Shown: positions 52,218 through 64,000 of the stretch, in pieces
Layout: the number at the start of each line of letters is the position of its first letter
Numbering within the stretch: the first letter of the stretch is position 1
Origin: Stegostoma tigrinum
Taxonomy: Eukaryota
NCBI RefSeq assembly: GCF_030684315.1
Contig: NC_081380.1
Coordinates: forward strand, 27,091,951 to 27,155,950
DNA length: 64,000 nt
Direction of reading: 5' to 3'
Translations under genes and position numbers: made by a program
Notes under the pieces: generated by a model
What the model was told of the DNA's origin: nothing
Seen by the model: the letters and a program-made list of their open reading frames with translations, nothing else
Databases searched by the model: none

Positions 52218-55150
52218 GATAGAGTAAAAGAGTTGTACAGCACGGAAACTAACTCTTTGGTCCAACTCATCCACACTAACCAAACATCCCAATCTGACCT
52301 AGTCCCATTTGCCAGCATTTGGCCCATATCACTGTAAATCCTGAGTAAAGATAATAAAATGTGAGGCTGGATGAACACAGCAGGCCCAGCAGCATCTCAG
52401 GAGCACAAAAGCTGATGTTTCGGGCCTAGACGCTACATCAGAAAGGGGGATGGGGTGAGGGTTCTGGAATAAATAGGGAGAGAGGGGGAGGCGGACCGAA
52501 GATGGAGAGAAAAGAAGATAGGTGGGGAGGTAGTGAGGGGATAGGTCAGTCCAGGGAAGACGGACAGGTCAAGGAGGTGGGATGAGGTTAGTAGGTAGGA
52601 GATGGAGGTGCGGCTTGGGGTGGGAGGAAGGGATGGGTGAGAGGAAGAACAGGTTAGGGAGGCAGAGACAGGCTGGACTGGTTTTGGGATGCAGTGGGTG
52701 GAGGGGAAGAGCTGGGCTGGTTGTGTGGTGCAGTGGGGGAAGGGGCCGAACTGGGCTGGTTTTGGGATGTGGTAGGGGAAGGGGAGATTTTGAAGCTGGT
52801 GAAGTCCACATTGATACCATTGGGCTGCAGGGTTCCCAAGCGGAATATGAGTTGCTGTTCCTGCAACCTTCGGGTGGCATCATTGTGGCACTGCAGGAGG
52901 CCCATGATGGACATGTCATCTAAAGAATGGGAGGGGGAGTGGAAATGGTTTGCGACTGGGAGGTGCAGTTGTTTATTGCGAGCCGAGTGGAGGTGTTCTG
53001 CCTCCGCTTGGTTTCCCCAAATGTAGAGAAAGCCACACCGGGTACAATGGATACAGTATACCACATTGGCAGATGTGCAGGTGAACCTCTGCTTAATATG
53101 GAAAGTCATCTTGGGGCCTGGGATAGGGGTGAGGGAGGAGGTGTGGGGGCAAGTGTAGCATTTTCTGCGGTTGCAGGGGAAGGTGCCCGGTGTGGTGGGG
53201 TTGGAGGGCAGTGTGGAGCGAACAAGGGAGTCATGGAGAGAGTGGTCTCTCCGGAAAGCAGACAAGGGTGGGGATGGAAAAATGTCTTGGATGGTGGGGT
53301 CGGATTGTAGATGGCGGAAGTGTCGGAGGATGATGCGTTGTATCCGGAGGTTGGTGGGGTGGTGTGTGAGAATGAGGGGGATCCTCTTTGGGCGGTTGTG
53401 GCAGGGGCGGGGTGTGAGGGATGTGTTGCGGGAAATGCGGGAGACACGGTCAAGGGTGTTCTCGACCACTGTGGGGGGAAAGTTGCGGTCCTTGAAGAAC
53501 TTGGACATCTGGGATGTGCGAGAGTGGAATGCCTCATCGTGGGAGCAGATGCGGCGGAGGCGGAGGAATTGGGAATAGGGGATGGAATTTTTGCAGGCGG
53601 GAGGGTGGGTGGAAGGAGGTGTATTCTAGGTAGCTGTGGGAGTCGGTGGGCTTGAAATGGACATCAGTTACAAGCTGGTTGCCTGAGATGGAGACTGAGA
53701 GGTCCAGGAAGGTGAGGGATGTGCTGGAGATGGCCCAGGTGAACTGAAGGTTGGGGTGGAAGGTGTTGAAGTGGATGAACTGTTCGAGCTCCTCTGGGGA
53801 GCAAGAGACGGCGCCGATACAGTCATCAATGTAACGGAGGAAGAGGTGGGGTTTGGGGCCTGTGTAGGTGCGGAAGAGGGACTGTTCCACATAACCTACA
53901 AAGAGGCAGGCATAGCTTGGGCCCATGCGGGTGCCCATGGCCACCCCCTTTGTCTGTAGGAAGTGGGAGGAATCGAAAGAGAAGTTGTAAATCCTTCTTG
54001 TTAATATACCCATCCAGGTGCCTTTTAAATGTTGAAATTGTACCAGCCTCCACCAGTTCCTCTGGTAGCTCGTTCCTTACACACCTCACCCTCTGCATGG
54101 AAAAAGTTACCTCCCAAGCCCTTTTTACATCTTCCCCCTCACTTCAAACCTATGTCCTCCAGTTTTGCATTCCCCCACCCTGAGGAAAAAGACTTTGGCT
54201 ATTCACCCTATACCTGCCGGTCATGATTTTATAACCTCTGTATGGTCACCCCTCGGCCTCCAGTGCTCCAAAGATAAAAGCCCCAATCTATTCAGCCTCT
54301 CCCTATAGGTCAAATCCTCCAGACCTGGCAATGTGTAAATTTTTTTCTGCATCCTCTCAAGTTTAACAACATCTTTCCTTTAGAAGGGCAACCAGAATTG
54401 TGCACAGTATTCCAAAAGTGGCTTCACCAATGCCCTGTAAAGCCGCAACACGACATCTCAACTCCTATACTCAGTATTCTAATCAATGAAGGCATGCGTG
54501 TCTTCTATTTTCTTCACCACCCTGTCTATCTCTGACTCCACTTTCAAGGAACTATGCACCTGCATCCCTAGGTCTTTTTGTTCAGCAATACTCCTCAGGC
54601 CCTACATTGAATTGTCTAAGTCCTGCCCTGTTTTGCCTCACCAAAATGCAATACCTCACATTTATCTAAATTAAACTCCATCTGTCACACCTTGGTCCAC
54701 TGGCCCTTCTTATCAAGGTCCTGTTGCACTTTGAGATAATCTACTTCACTGTCCACTACACCTAGGTGGGTGTCATCTGCAGACTCACTAACTGTACCTC
54801 CTATATTCACATCCAAATATTTATATAAATGATGAAAAGCAGTGGACCCAGCACTGTTGCTTGCAGCATGCTGCAAGTCACAGGCCTCCAGTCCAAAAAG
54901 CAACCCTCTGTCACCATCCTCTGTTTCCTACCTTTCAAGCTAATTTTATATCCAATTGGCTAGGACCCCCTGGATCCACATGATCTAACATTACTAACCA
55001 GTCTACCATGTGGAACCATGTCAAACACTTTGCTGAAGTCCATATAGACAACATCTACCGTCTTCAAAAAACTCAACCAAGTTCGTGAGACACAGTTTCC
55101 CGTGCACAAAACCATGTTTACTGTCCCTAATCAGTCCTTGCTTTTCCAAA
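52218..55150 (-). mobile_element. CR1/HER1 LINE (52218-52342 and 53986-55150) split by a PLE
   Basis: Tail at 52218 continues after 53986; minus translations RNELPEELVEAGTISTFKRHLD and SADDT. Confidence 0.85.
52343..53985 (-). mobile_element. Young 5'-truncated Penelope-like element (probably Neptune clade), RT C-half plus GIY-YIG plus pseudo-LTR
   Basis: GVAMGTRMGPSYACLFVGYVEQ, LRYIDDCIG, CNRRKCYTCPH, NVVYCIHCTRCGFLYI; few frameshifts; CpG-rich. 10-bp target duplication TGTAAATCCT at 52333-52342 and 53986-53995. Confidence 0.95.
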
Positions 55151-56715
55151 TCTTCTAGTTCTCTAAATAATACAATATCTCACAAACCATGTCGTCAAAA
55201 CAGATTAAGTCGCAATCTCATCTATCTCCGTGTGGTTTGTGGGATCTTGCTGTGCAAAAGTGCCAACTTCAGTGTACAAGAGCACAAAGTAGGAGCAGAA
55301 GTAAACCATTCAACCTGTCTTGCTCACTCTGATATTCAAATCCACAATGCTGCCTAAAACCAGTAACTTTTGACTCCATTGTTAATGAAGAATCCGTTCA
55401 CCTCTGCCTTTAAAGCCGTTGGGTAGTCTTGCCTCCAGTGCTGTCTGGGGAAGAGAATACTAAAGAGTTACATACCTCAGAGAAAACAATTCCCTCTTAA
55501 ATGAGATACAATTTGTTTTTAAATGTGTTCCCTATTTCTCATTATGGGAAGCATCCTTTCAGCATCAACCCTGTCAAGTCCCCTTAGGATCTTGCCTGTT
55601 TTAGTAAGAATGAACCTTGCTTGTCTAAACTGCAAAGAATGCCAGCACAGCTTGCCCTGCCTTCCTTGGTAAGACAACCTCAACCACACCCCGACTCCCA
55701 ATCTCTGAGGATCAGTGAATTAGTTGAGTGAACCTTCTTTGAACTGCTTTTTATGCATTTACTGATCTCCATAAATAAGGAGATGAAAACTGCACAGTAT
55801 TCCAGATGTCTCTCCAATGCCATAGACAGCTTTAGCACCAATTCGGGATTCCTTTCTCCTTGCAATAAATAACAATGTTCCATTTGCCTTTCGAATCACT
55901 TACTGTACTTACATACCAACTTTTTCTTGATTCGTTTACCGAGACACACAGTTCTCTGTATCTCAGAGCTCTGCAATATCTCTACCTAAATAATATGTCA
56001 CTTCTAAACTTCCTGACAGAATGGAACTTTTCCCACATTATACACCACCTGCCAGAGTTTTGCTCACTCACTAACTATATCCCTTAGTAGACTCTCTGCA
56101 AGTCACTCTCCTATCGTTCTTTACGTCATCACCAAGTTTAGCTATTGTACATTTGGTCCCTTCATCCAAGCTTTTGATAAAGACTGTATGTAGTTGAGGC
56201 CCCAGCAATGATCACTGTGGTACTCCACTCATTGCATTTTGTCAACTTGAAAATGACCCAGTTTTGCTCACCCTCTGCTTTATATTAGCCAAGCTTTCAT
56301 CCCTTCTTGCTACTATTTTATTTCATGTACCATGAGCTATTGTTTTGTGTAAGAGTCTTTGATGTTGCATCCTGTCAAATGTTTTCTGGAAAGCTAACTA
56401 CAGTTGATTCACTGGTTTCCTTTTTATCTATATTGCTTGTAGCTTTCTCAAAAAACTCAAATTAATGAAATGGGATTTCCCTTTCACAACATCATGTTAA
56501 CTCTGCTTTATTGCATTAAGATTTTCTAAGTACGCTGCTATCACCATGTTTTAAACAGATTCCAACATTTTTCCTTTGACAAATGTTAGATTAGCAAGCC
56601 AACACTTTCTTGTCTCCCTTCTTTCTTGAACAGATGAGTCGCATTTGCTGTTTTCAAATCAGAGGGGTCGTTTTCTAGAATCCAGAAGAATTAAAGCCAA
56701 CACATCATCTACCAC

Positions 56716-56853
56716 GATAAAAACCAAAAGAACTGCAGATGCTGTAAATCAGGAACAAAAACATAGTCGCTGGAAAAGCTTAGCAGGTCTGGCAGCATCT
56801 GTGACGGAGAAAGCAGAGTTAACATTTCGGGTCACCAGACCCGAAACATTAAT
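56716..56853. mobile_element. PLE pseudo-LTR mini-insertion (family B) folding at hammerhead stem II
   Basis: Ends TTAACATTTCGGGTC-ACCA-GACCCGAAACATTAA; flanked by ATCTAC(C/T)AC at 56707-56715 and 56854-56862. Confidence 0.75.
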
Positions 56854-57290
56854 ATCTACTACCTCAGCAGCCTCTTTTAAAATCCTGGGATGAAATCCGT
56901 CAGGGTCAGGTCACCCGTCAGATTTTAGTTCTAATTTTTTCAGCACCCTTTATGTAGTAATTGTGTTGTTTTAAGTTTCTCACTGACTTTTACATTTTGA
57001 GTCAGTTATTTTTGGGATGTCATTTGTATGTTCCACAATGAAGACAGACAGAAGATAAATGTTTATTTTATCTGCTATTTTCCTATTTTAGTTAATCCCC
57101 TCCGACTCATTCTCAAAAGGACCAGTGCTCACTTTCCTTCCAATTTTTTCTATTGAATCTCTGATTACCCATTGTTCTATGTCTATGTCTAGCTAGTTTC
57201 CTTCTATACTGTATTTTCTTTTGCCTTATTAATCTTATAGTCATGCTTTGTTTGCTATATTCTGAACTGCCACACCCCTTTCCAGAATTA

Positions 57291-57528
57291 GAGATAATGG
57301 GAACTGCAGATGCTGGAGAATCCAAGATAACAAAATGTGAGGCTGGATGAACACAGCAGGCCAAGCAGCATCTCAGGAGCACAAAAGCTGACGTTTTGGG
57401 CCTAGACCCTTCATCAGAGAGGGGGATGGGGTGAGGGTTCTGGAACCCTCACCCCATCCCCCTCTCTGATGAAGAGTCTAGGCCCGAAACGTCAGCTTTT
57501 GTGCTCCTGAGATGCTGCTTGGCCTGCT
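57291..57528. mobile_element. Young fold-back PLE pseudo-LTR mini-insertion (family C) with hammerhead core on +
   Basis: Arms meet at about 57441; perfect 14-bp target duplication CCTTTCCAGAATTA (57277-57290, 57529-57542); CTGATGA at 57466-57472 and GAAACGTC at 57486-57493. Confidence 0.9.
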
Positions 57529-58282
57529 CCTTTCCAGAATTAAATGCTTTTCCTATCAGTCTGGTATTACCTTTTACTTCCGTAGTTCACTAAAGCTGGT
57601 GCATCCTTTTAGAATCCTCTTTTTTTTTTTTCACTGGAATGTACATTTTCTATGTATTCTGAAATAACTTGTGTGCCACTGTATCTCCTCTGGCCTATTG
57701 CTTAATCAAGTTTTCAGTTCACTTTAGACACTCATGTCTTTATTCCCTCATAATTGCCCCTGTTTCAGATACTTATCTTTGATCCATTCTGGCCTGGTGA
57801 CTGATTTCTTGTTGACTGTGGAACAAGTGCAATCAGAAACAATCCCAAAAACACTATTTACATATTCAGGCCACCATCAGCAATTTGGCTAACCCAATCT
57901 TTGTGTGGATTAAAATATCCCATAATTGTTGCCATACCTTTCTCACAACCCCTATAATACTTCTTACTATATACCTTGCCTTATAGGGCGGTTGCAGTGA
58001 AAGAGGTAGTGGGTGGGGGCATTAACCATTCCTCCAAGAGTGATTTCTTCAAGTTATTAATTCTCACCTGACCTTTATGCAAAATGATTCTACATCCTGA
58101 TATCAACAAAGGTAATTTCCTCTCAAATGTACCAATGCCATCTGTAATGAACAGAATCCCATCAAATTTAGTTTCTTGTCCTTCCTACATGTCATGTGCC
58201 CTTGAAAATTTGGCTACCAATCTTTGTGATCTTATGACCATATTTTTGTAATAGTTATAGCTCATACACATTTTTAAAAACT

Positions 58283-58560
58283 CATTCATGAGATGTGGGC
58301 ATCCCTGGCGGGACCAGCATTTATTGCCTATCCCTAATTGCTCAGAATCAACCACATTGCTGTGGCCTGGGGTCATATGTAATCCAGAGCAGGTAAGGAT
58401 GGCAGGTTTCCCTCCCTAAAGGACATTAGTGAATCAAATGGGTTTTTCCTGACAATTGACAATGGATTCATGGTGATCATTAGACTCTTAATTCCAGACT
58501 ATTATTGAATTCAGATTCTACCATCTGCCATAGTGGGATTCAAACCCAGGTCCCCAGAAC
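58283..58560 (-). mobile_element. SINE-like repeat with LINE-shared 3' tail
   Basis: B-box-like GGTTTGAATCCC on minus near 58535-58548; tail shared with 13560, 22845, 24488 and 31480-31625. Confidence 0.65.
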
Positions 58561-60452
58561 ACAAGTTCCTGCCTAGTCCCAAGCAGATATCCCGAACTCT
58601 AGCATTGAGAAGGCAACACAGCTGCCTGGATTCTCACTTTCTGCTACAGAAAACTTAATCTTTCCGCTTAATTATGCTGTCCCCTATTACCACTACATTT
58701 CTTTCTTACTATCCCTGCTAGCATGGCTTCCTGTGCTATGTTCTTTTTGCTCACTTATACAAGCCGCAAGGACCTCAAACTGCTGGAAAATTGCGAATGC
58801 TGATCCCCCTTACATACCCCTCTTGTAGTTACACGCTTTTGACCCTGATCACTTGCCAAATTAGAAGACCCTATCTTAAGTGGAGGGAAGGGAGGAATAA
58901 CTGTCTCCTGGAATAAAATGCCCAAGTAACTTTTCCTCTCCCTGAAATGTCAGTTTTCAGCTCACTGGCTCTGCCTTGAAACTCTGTGAGCTGCAAACAC
59001 TTACTGCAGATTTGCCTGCCCAGACTCATACTAGTGACCAAAGTGCTCTCATCCTGCATTTGCACTTACCCTGCCATCTTTATTATGTCATAGTTAATTA
59101 ATTAAGAAGTTATACATAAATAATTCATAGCGAACAAACCTGACACCTTCCAATAAGCTTGATTATTACCAATAAACATTAGTAATACTACTAAAGCCCT
59201 AGAATTACTCAAATTACTCAAGTTGTGAGCCATACTTAAGCAAAATACTCACTTAACAATCATGTAATATTTCACTGTGATGTCATGCTTTGACTCTTTT
59301 TTGCCCCCCCTCCCCCAGTTAGTGGTTGTCAGACTCCTTTCAGAGGCCCCCCCCAGCCTCTGCCCATCAGCTCGCCACTTCAAAAATGATGCCTCACCCC
59401 GCCTAGCTCCACTACGATTAATGGACACTCCCCTGCTCTCGTGCTGCTTTTTCATTAGCACTGAAACATTTTTGCACCATTCTGATGTTGTAAACAACAC
59501 TATTTACTAATGTCAAGTCTGTAACAGTAACCTGTAGTGCTAAGAGTTACAAACAAAACTGATCAACTCCAAGATCTTGTTACAAAAATTAGCTACTGCG
59601 TTACAACTTTAACACAACACCCAAGAAGGTGCTGCGCTTACATGAGCATTATCCATTGAGCGCAGACAAGGTATTGTGGAGACAATATACTGCGCTACCA
59701 ATCATCGGAATTCAAAATAAGATCAGAAAGGTTTAGTTTTATATTGAGTCCTTCATGATCACATGAAGCCCCATGCATTTTATGGATAATAAAGTAGTTT
59801 ATAAACATGTACTCAGTACTGTAACAAAGGGAAAGCAGCAGCTGATTTCCATACAGCAAACACACCCACAAACCGGATATTGATCATGACTAGATAATCT
59901 ATTGCTATGATGTCAGTTGGAGGATAAAAATTTACCAGGATTGCATGGATAAGTTAATTTCGTCTTAAATAGTGCCATGAAATCTTTTATGTCTACCAGA
60001 AAGACAACGCTTCCTTATCTACCAGAATTTGGCCTGAATTTAATGTCTCATTTGAACTCAAAACTTCCAACAATGCAACACTGCCCTTACTAATTAAAAA
60101 TCTGTCCAGTACAGCTTTGATATACTTATTGATTGTTAGCCCTTTGCAATAAACTATTCCACAGTGTCACTGCTCTAGGAGAAGAAATTTCTCCTAATTT
60201 CTGTCTTAAATGTTCAACCCAGTACTGGACTCATATACTAGTTTTGATTTTTGCACACAATTCCTGGAGTGGGGCTTGAATCCATAACGTTCTGAATCAG
60301 TGGTAAGAGTACAAACAACAGAATTACAGTTAACAATAGCTGGATATTTTCAATGTGAAATATGTGTCTGCGGTAAATGGAGATTCAGTGTCCTGAGAGA
60401 CATTGTATATTTATGCTTATTTTGCAAATGTTTGCTTTGTACTGTCTTTCAG

Positions 60453-60546
60453 TTGTTCTCTAACTCCAACTGTGAGCAAAGCTAGTGCTGGAGTTCTAGA
60501 AGTTATGACTGTATATTGCACTTCTAGTTTACCTCAAGTACTAAAG
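60453..60546 (+). CDS. MRM1: MRM1 coding exon 2
   Basis: ctttcag| (S)CSLTPTVSKASAGVLEVMTVYCTSSLPQVLK |gtaaca; 94 nt; phases consistent. Confidence 0.93.
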
Positions 60547-60643
60547 GTAACAGAAATTTAGATTTTGAACATTATAACATTACCTTTGGAGTGTTTCAAA
60601 ATAATTTCATAACAGCCCTGCTGTTTGTTTTTAACTTATACAG

Positions 60644-60764
60644 ACAAAAGGAGCCCAAGGCTGGCAAATAGTGGGAACAGTTGGAAAGTCTACCGAAGCC
60701 AGCTTTATACCAGTCATTCCTTGTACAGAGTTCCAGTGGAGCCAACGAACCATCCTGGTTCTGG
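60644..60764 (+). CDS. MRM1: MRM1 coding exon 3
   Basis: tacag| TKGAQGWQIVGTVGKSTEASFIPVIPCTEFQWSQRTILVL+G |gtagtg; 121 nt. Confidence 0.9.
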
Positions 60765-61229
60765 GTAGTGTAAAATGCAGCTTAATTTGCAAGTGTTGGA
60801 CAGCGGTTGTATTTAAAATTTTCTTGCAGTAAATTGGATGCTTAGACTCTACATTCAAACCAGACGAAGCGATGCTGTTTTGTGGAGGATTACTCTGTGA
60901 AAACTTGCATGAAGTACTACTTTGTTCAAGTTATAGGAACAATTTATGCCTTGTTAAAAGTGATGCTCCTACAAAAATGTGCCATTTGTGATTGACAAAG
61001 GTTATGGGGGACAAGGAGGAAAATCAAGTTAAGACAATTGTCACATCAGCCATGACCTTGTGAAAGGTGGTGCAGTTTAGAAGAGCCAAGTGGGCCGCTC
61101 CTGCTCCTCATTCTTATGTTCCCAGTTGCTTTCTATTTACGCCAATTCTATGCACAGTTTTATAAAACTGGCTTGTCATAGATGTCTGTGCTTTGATATA
61201 ATGTCATTATTTCCTCAATTGACTTGAGC

Positions 61230-61590
61230 TCAAAATCTAGGCTGACAGTACCAAGGGAGTGCTAAATGCTTAGAGCTGCTGTATTTTGGATTAAACATTT
61301 AACCAATCGATTATCTGCCTACTCAGATTTTATAAGTATGGTATGAGATCTCACTCTATTGTTCAGGGACTAGCAGGGGAGTTCTCCAGATGTCTTTGTC
61401 AATATCTGTGCTTCAACCAAAATCACCAGAAAAGATTATCTGGACCTTTATCTCCAACTTTTCTGGGACATTACTTTGTGGAATGTAACTACTGCCATTG
61501 TCTACAATATGACTATATTACAAATGTAATAAGTGGTTTTTGGGTGCTTTGAACTGTCCTGCAGATATGGAAAGCAATGTTGAAATGTAA
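61230..61590 (+). mobile_element. DeuSINE-like repeat, degraded
   Basis: CAGTACCAAGGGAGTGCT...TTTTGGATTAAACATTTAACC resembles 8000-8340. Confidence 0.55.
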
Positions 61591-62303
61591 ATAATTTTAG
61601 ATTTCTTTTATGTTTGTTCTTTTGCTGGTATAAAATGTTACAGGGAAGAAGTTGGAACTGACTGCAGCAATTTGCTTCTGAAGTATAAACAAATAGAGAT
61701 GAGTAAAGGTAACTTTACTCTGCAGCTGGCTGTGGTATTCCTGATCTGAGTTGTTTGATGTATGCAAATTGTTTGGCTCTTTAGTTGTCTGAGCACAATA
61801 CTCCCTAGAATGTTTGAGCCAACATTATGATAATTGCACATCAACCAAAAAGCAGCATTTTAGGCTGTGATTTGGTTTCCAATTTGATGTCCAAATGTGT
61901 GGATGTAACAGTGACTGCAGCACAACTACAGTTAAAATGTCACAGCCATTTACTAGCCTTTATTTTTGAAGCCTTTAATATTGTACTCTCACTCTTGCCT
62001 ACACTCACTTAACATTTTTAAAATGAGCTGCAAGGGAACAGAGTGCGTGTCAAAGCACAGAATACTTTTGTCACTGGACATCAGTGTTGACCAGATTTAA
62101 ATTTAGTCATCAATATGATTGGGATTCGCAAACTGCAGACAATGATTTCAGAAAGGCAGGAGTTGTAATACTGATTTTGGCAAGCAACCAAATTGTCATA
62201 GCTGCTTATACATCACAACTACTAGTTTTTGCTTTGCATTTAACATTGAGTTTGTCGCAGTTAATTTTACATATGCACACCTTTTTTTCCCCCTGAACTC
62301 CAG

Positions 62304-62423
62304 GAAATGAAGGTTTTGGCCTTTCTGATGATGTAAGCAGCCTGTGTCATGCAATGCTGACGATACCAGCAGGTAGAGGCTTGCAACCTGGGATTGAATC
62401 CTTGAATGTGTCTGTTGCTGCAG
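62304..62423 (+). CDS. MRM1: MRM1 coding exon 4
   Basis: ctccag| (G)NEGFGLSDDVSSLCHAMLTIPAGRGLQPGIESLNVSVAA |gtaatt; SPOUT motifs 2 and 3; 120 nt. Confidence 0.95.
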
Positions 62424-63138
62424 GTAATTGTTAGAAAAAAAAAATCCACATCAATTTAGACACTTGCACTCAGTGTCGTTTTTTTCCCCTAATCAGAAAC
62501 AACAGTTGTGCACAATAAAAACCAAATGTTATAACAAGTAAATAGAAGACCTTTGGGCATATACTTCACATTGAATAATTTTTGGAAGGATTCTGAACAT
62601 TGCCAAATGTGCATTGTGAAAGGTGTAAATTGCAGTTTAATTCAGAATTAATATGAAACATTCGTTGCTGATGTGCACATTATATCAGAGGCACACATTA
62701 ATTCCTTTAATCATTTGACTAACGTGAATGTTTGCCTGGTGGCTCACGTGTTATGCTAATTTAGGCATTACAATTTATTTGCCACTTTCTGGAATTACAT
62801 TTTATATTTGGAGTTTTTTAGTTTGAGCAGTGGAAATTAATTGACAATTTCTGTTCACAAAACTTGCAACAGATAGTATTATTTATGAAACATATGGAAC
62901 AAGTTAGTGTAAGTAGATATGTGTAGATTGCCTGCGTAACCTGAAGCTCAGGGTTAGAGCTAGTAGCTACCTCAATACTTGGAGAAGTGGGCCACCCATT
63001 CACACTATTTCACTAGATTCAATCCAATTTGACATCACCTTGAGACTCAATATCTTTCATGATAAAGGTAACTAGGTTCTTGTTTACCCAGTTATGTTTT
63101 GTTGTTGAGACTTGATTTTCCTTAATTTCTTCTTTCAG

Positions 63139-63182
63139 GAATTCTCTTACATTGTATAGCCAGCAGGAGAATGAAAACATGA
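63139..63182 (+). CDS. MRM1: MRM1 last coding exon
   Basis: ctttcag| (G)ILLHCIASRRMKT-stop. Total CDS 1314 nt = 437 aa. AATAAA at 63275, 63367 and 63654. Confidence 0.9.
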
Positions 63183-64000
63183 CAAAGACTTATCTCATTA
63201 TGATGGCCTCCTTGCACTGCTTTGATGCTAAAATGGCTTGCTTTGAATCCAGAAACAGTTTGGTGGCTGCCTGTAATAAAGCTTCCTGGTTGGACAAATT
63301 TAAGTGCTATTCACCTCAGGCCTGTACAATTTGTAATTCACTATCATATGAACCCAACAGATACAGAATAAATAATGCTGCTTTATACACTGATCTTTGT
63401 ACAAGTGGTGTTTGAATGTAAATGTTTATTTGCATAAATGTGACCATCTGCATGGGTCAAGATTTGACTTCCATCTTCACTACTCTGTGGAGGAAGAAGG
63501 TATTTTACCTGGAAATTCCTTTTTGTGTGATATTGTATATTGCAGTCAGCTGGGCATTAACGGTGGAATAATGATAATCATTTGGAACCTGCCAAGATTG
63601 CAATGAACGTATAACATATAACATTTCTTAAAGGAATGTATGCATTATATTTAAATAAAATTTACAACACAGAAATAGGCTATTTGGCACAATGGATTTG
63701 AGCCCTGCACAAGCTTCATTACACTGTACTCCATCAAACTCTTATCAACATACTCTTCTGTTCCTTTTCCATTCATTTTTATCTAACTTGCTGTTAGGTA
63801 CACCTGTTAAGAGAATTTGTGTATTTAATAACTTCAGAATACCTTAAGTTACATTTTAAACAACGCTCTGGTTTAGTCCAAGGCCATGTCAGCAGCAGCC
63901 TGTGTATTGTTAAAACTTAAATATTTTTGTAGTGTTAATTGTCACACTGCAGGTAACCTGCATGGAATAATGGTTATTTTACATATTGTGCACAGATGAA

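Larger units (their letters stand above)
55275..57760 (-). mobile_element. Older CR1 LINE interrupted by two PLE mini-insertions
   Basis: Minus translations RHLEYCA and ILRGLDRVDAERM; resembles 21890-23460. Confidence 0.65.

Noticed and set aside
52410-52445. Hammerhead position in the 52.3 kb PLE (also 44833-44860 in the other PLE)
   Set aside because: Core or helix III mutated (CUGAUGU and GAAAC-AUC; GAAAU with weak stem II), so not called as intact ribozymes.
52582-53959. Many long G/R/W-rich plus-strand ORFs
   Set aside because: Antisense and off-frame shadows of the C-rich PLE coding strand.
59632-59668. Small hairpin CTGCGCT...AGCGCAG
   Set aside because: A 7-bp stem with no recognisable RNA motif; expected by chance.

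Overview
Vertebrate genomic DNA, most likely from a cartilaginous fish (shark), judged from HE1-like tRNA SINEs, HER1/CR1 LINEs, DeuSINE (SacSINE1-like) copies and abundant Penelope-like elements (PLEs). Three spliced genes were rebuilt by hand from GT-AG boundaries and recalled protein similarity. RAB34 is on the minus strand: two coding exons at 14694-14747 and 7091-7182, a probable 5' exon and TATA near 19-19.5 kb, and the rest off the left edge. RPL23A is complete on the plus strand: 5 exons, 33039-40841, 155 aa, TOP promoter, hosting SNORD4 in intron 2 and SNORD42 in intron 3. MRM1 has a complete CDS on the plus strand: 5 coding exons, 49717-63182, 437 aa, probable promoter near 45.3 kb. 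Most other ORFs in the track are repeat-derived or noise. The most striking non-genic signal is a dense set of short (about 85-330 bp) PLE pseudo-LTR insertions from at least three families. Most are fold-back (inverted-repeat) structures, many have 9-15 bp target duplications, they carry minimal type I hammerhead ribozyme cores (CUGANGA-stem II-GAAAC-GUH) and they fold or truncate at or near the ribozyme. Other points of interest are a templated copy of the RAB34 splice acceptor, two identical divergent CTCF motifs, an RFX X-box at the MRM1 promoter and a probable compensatory change in the SNORD4 guide. No searches were run; family names rest on recalled motifs, and repeat boundaries without a stated target duplication are approximate.
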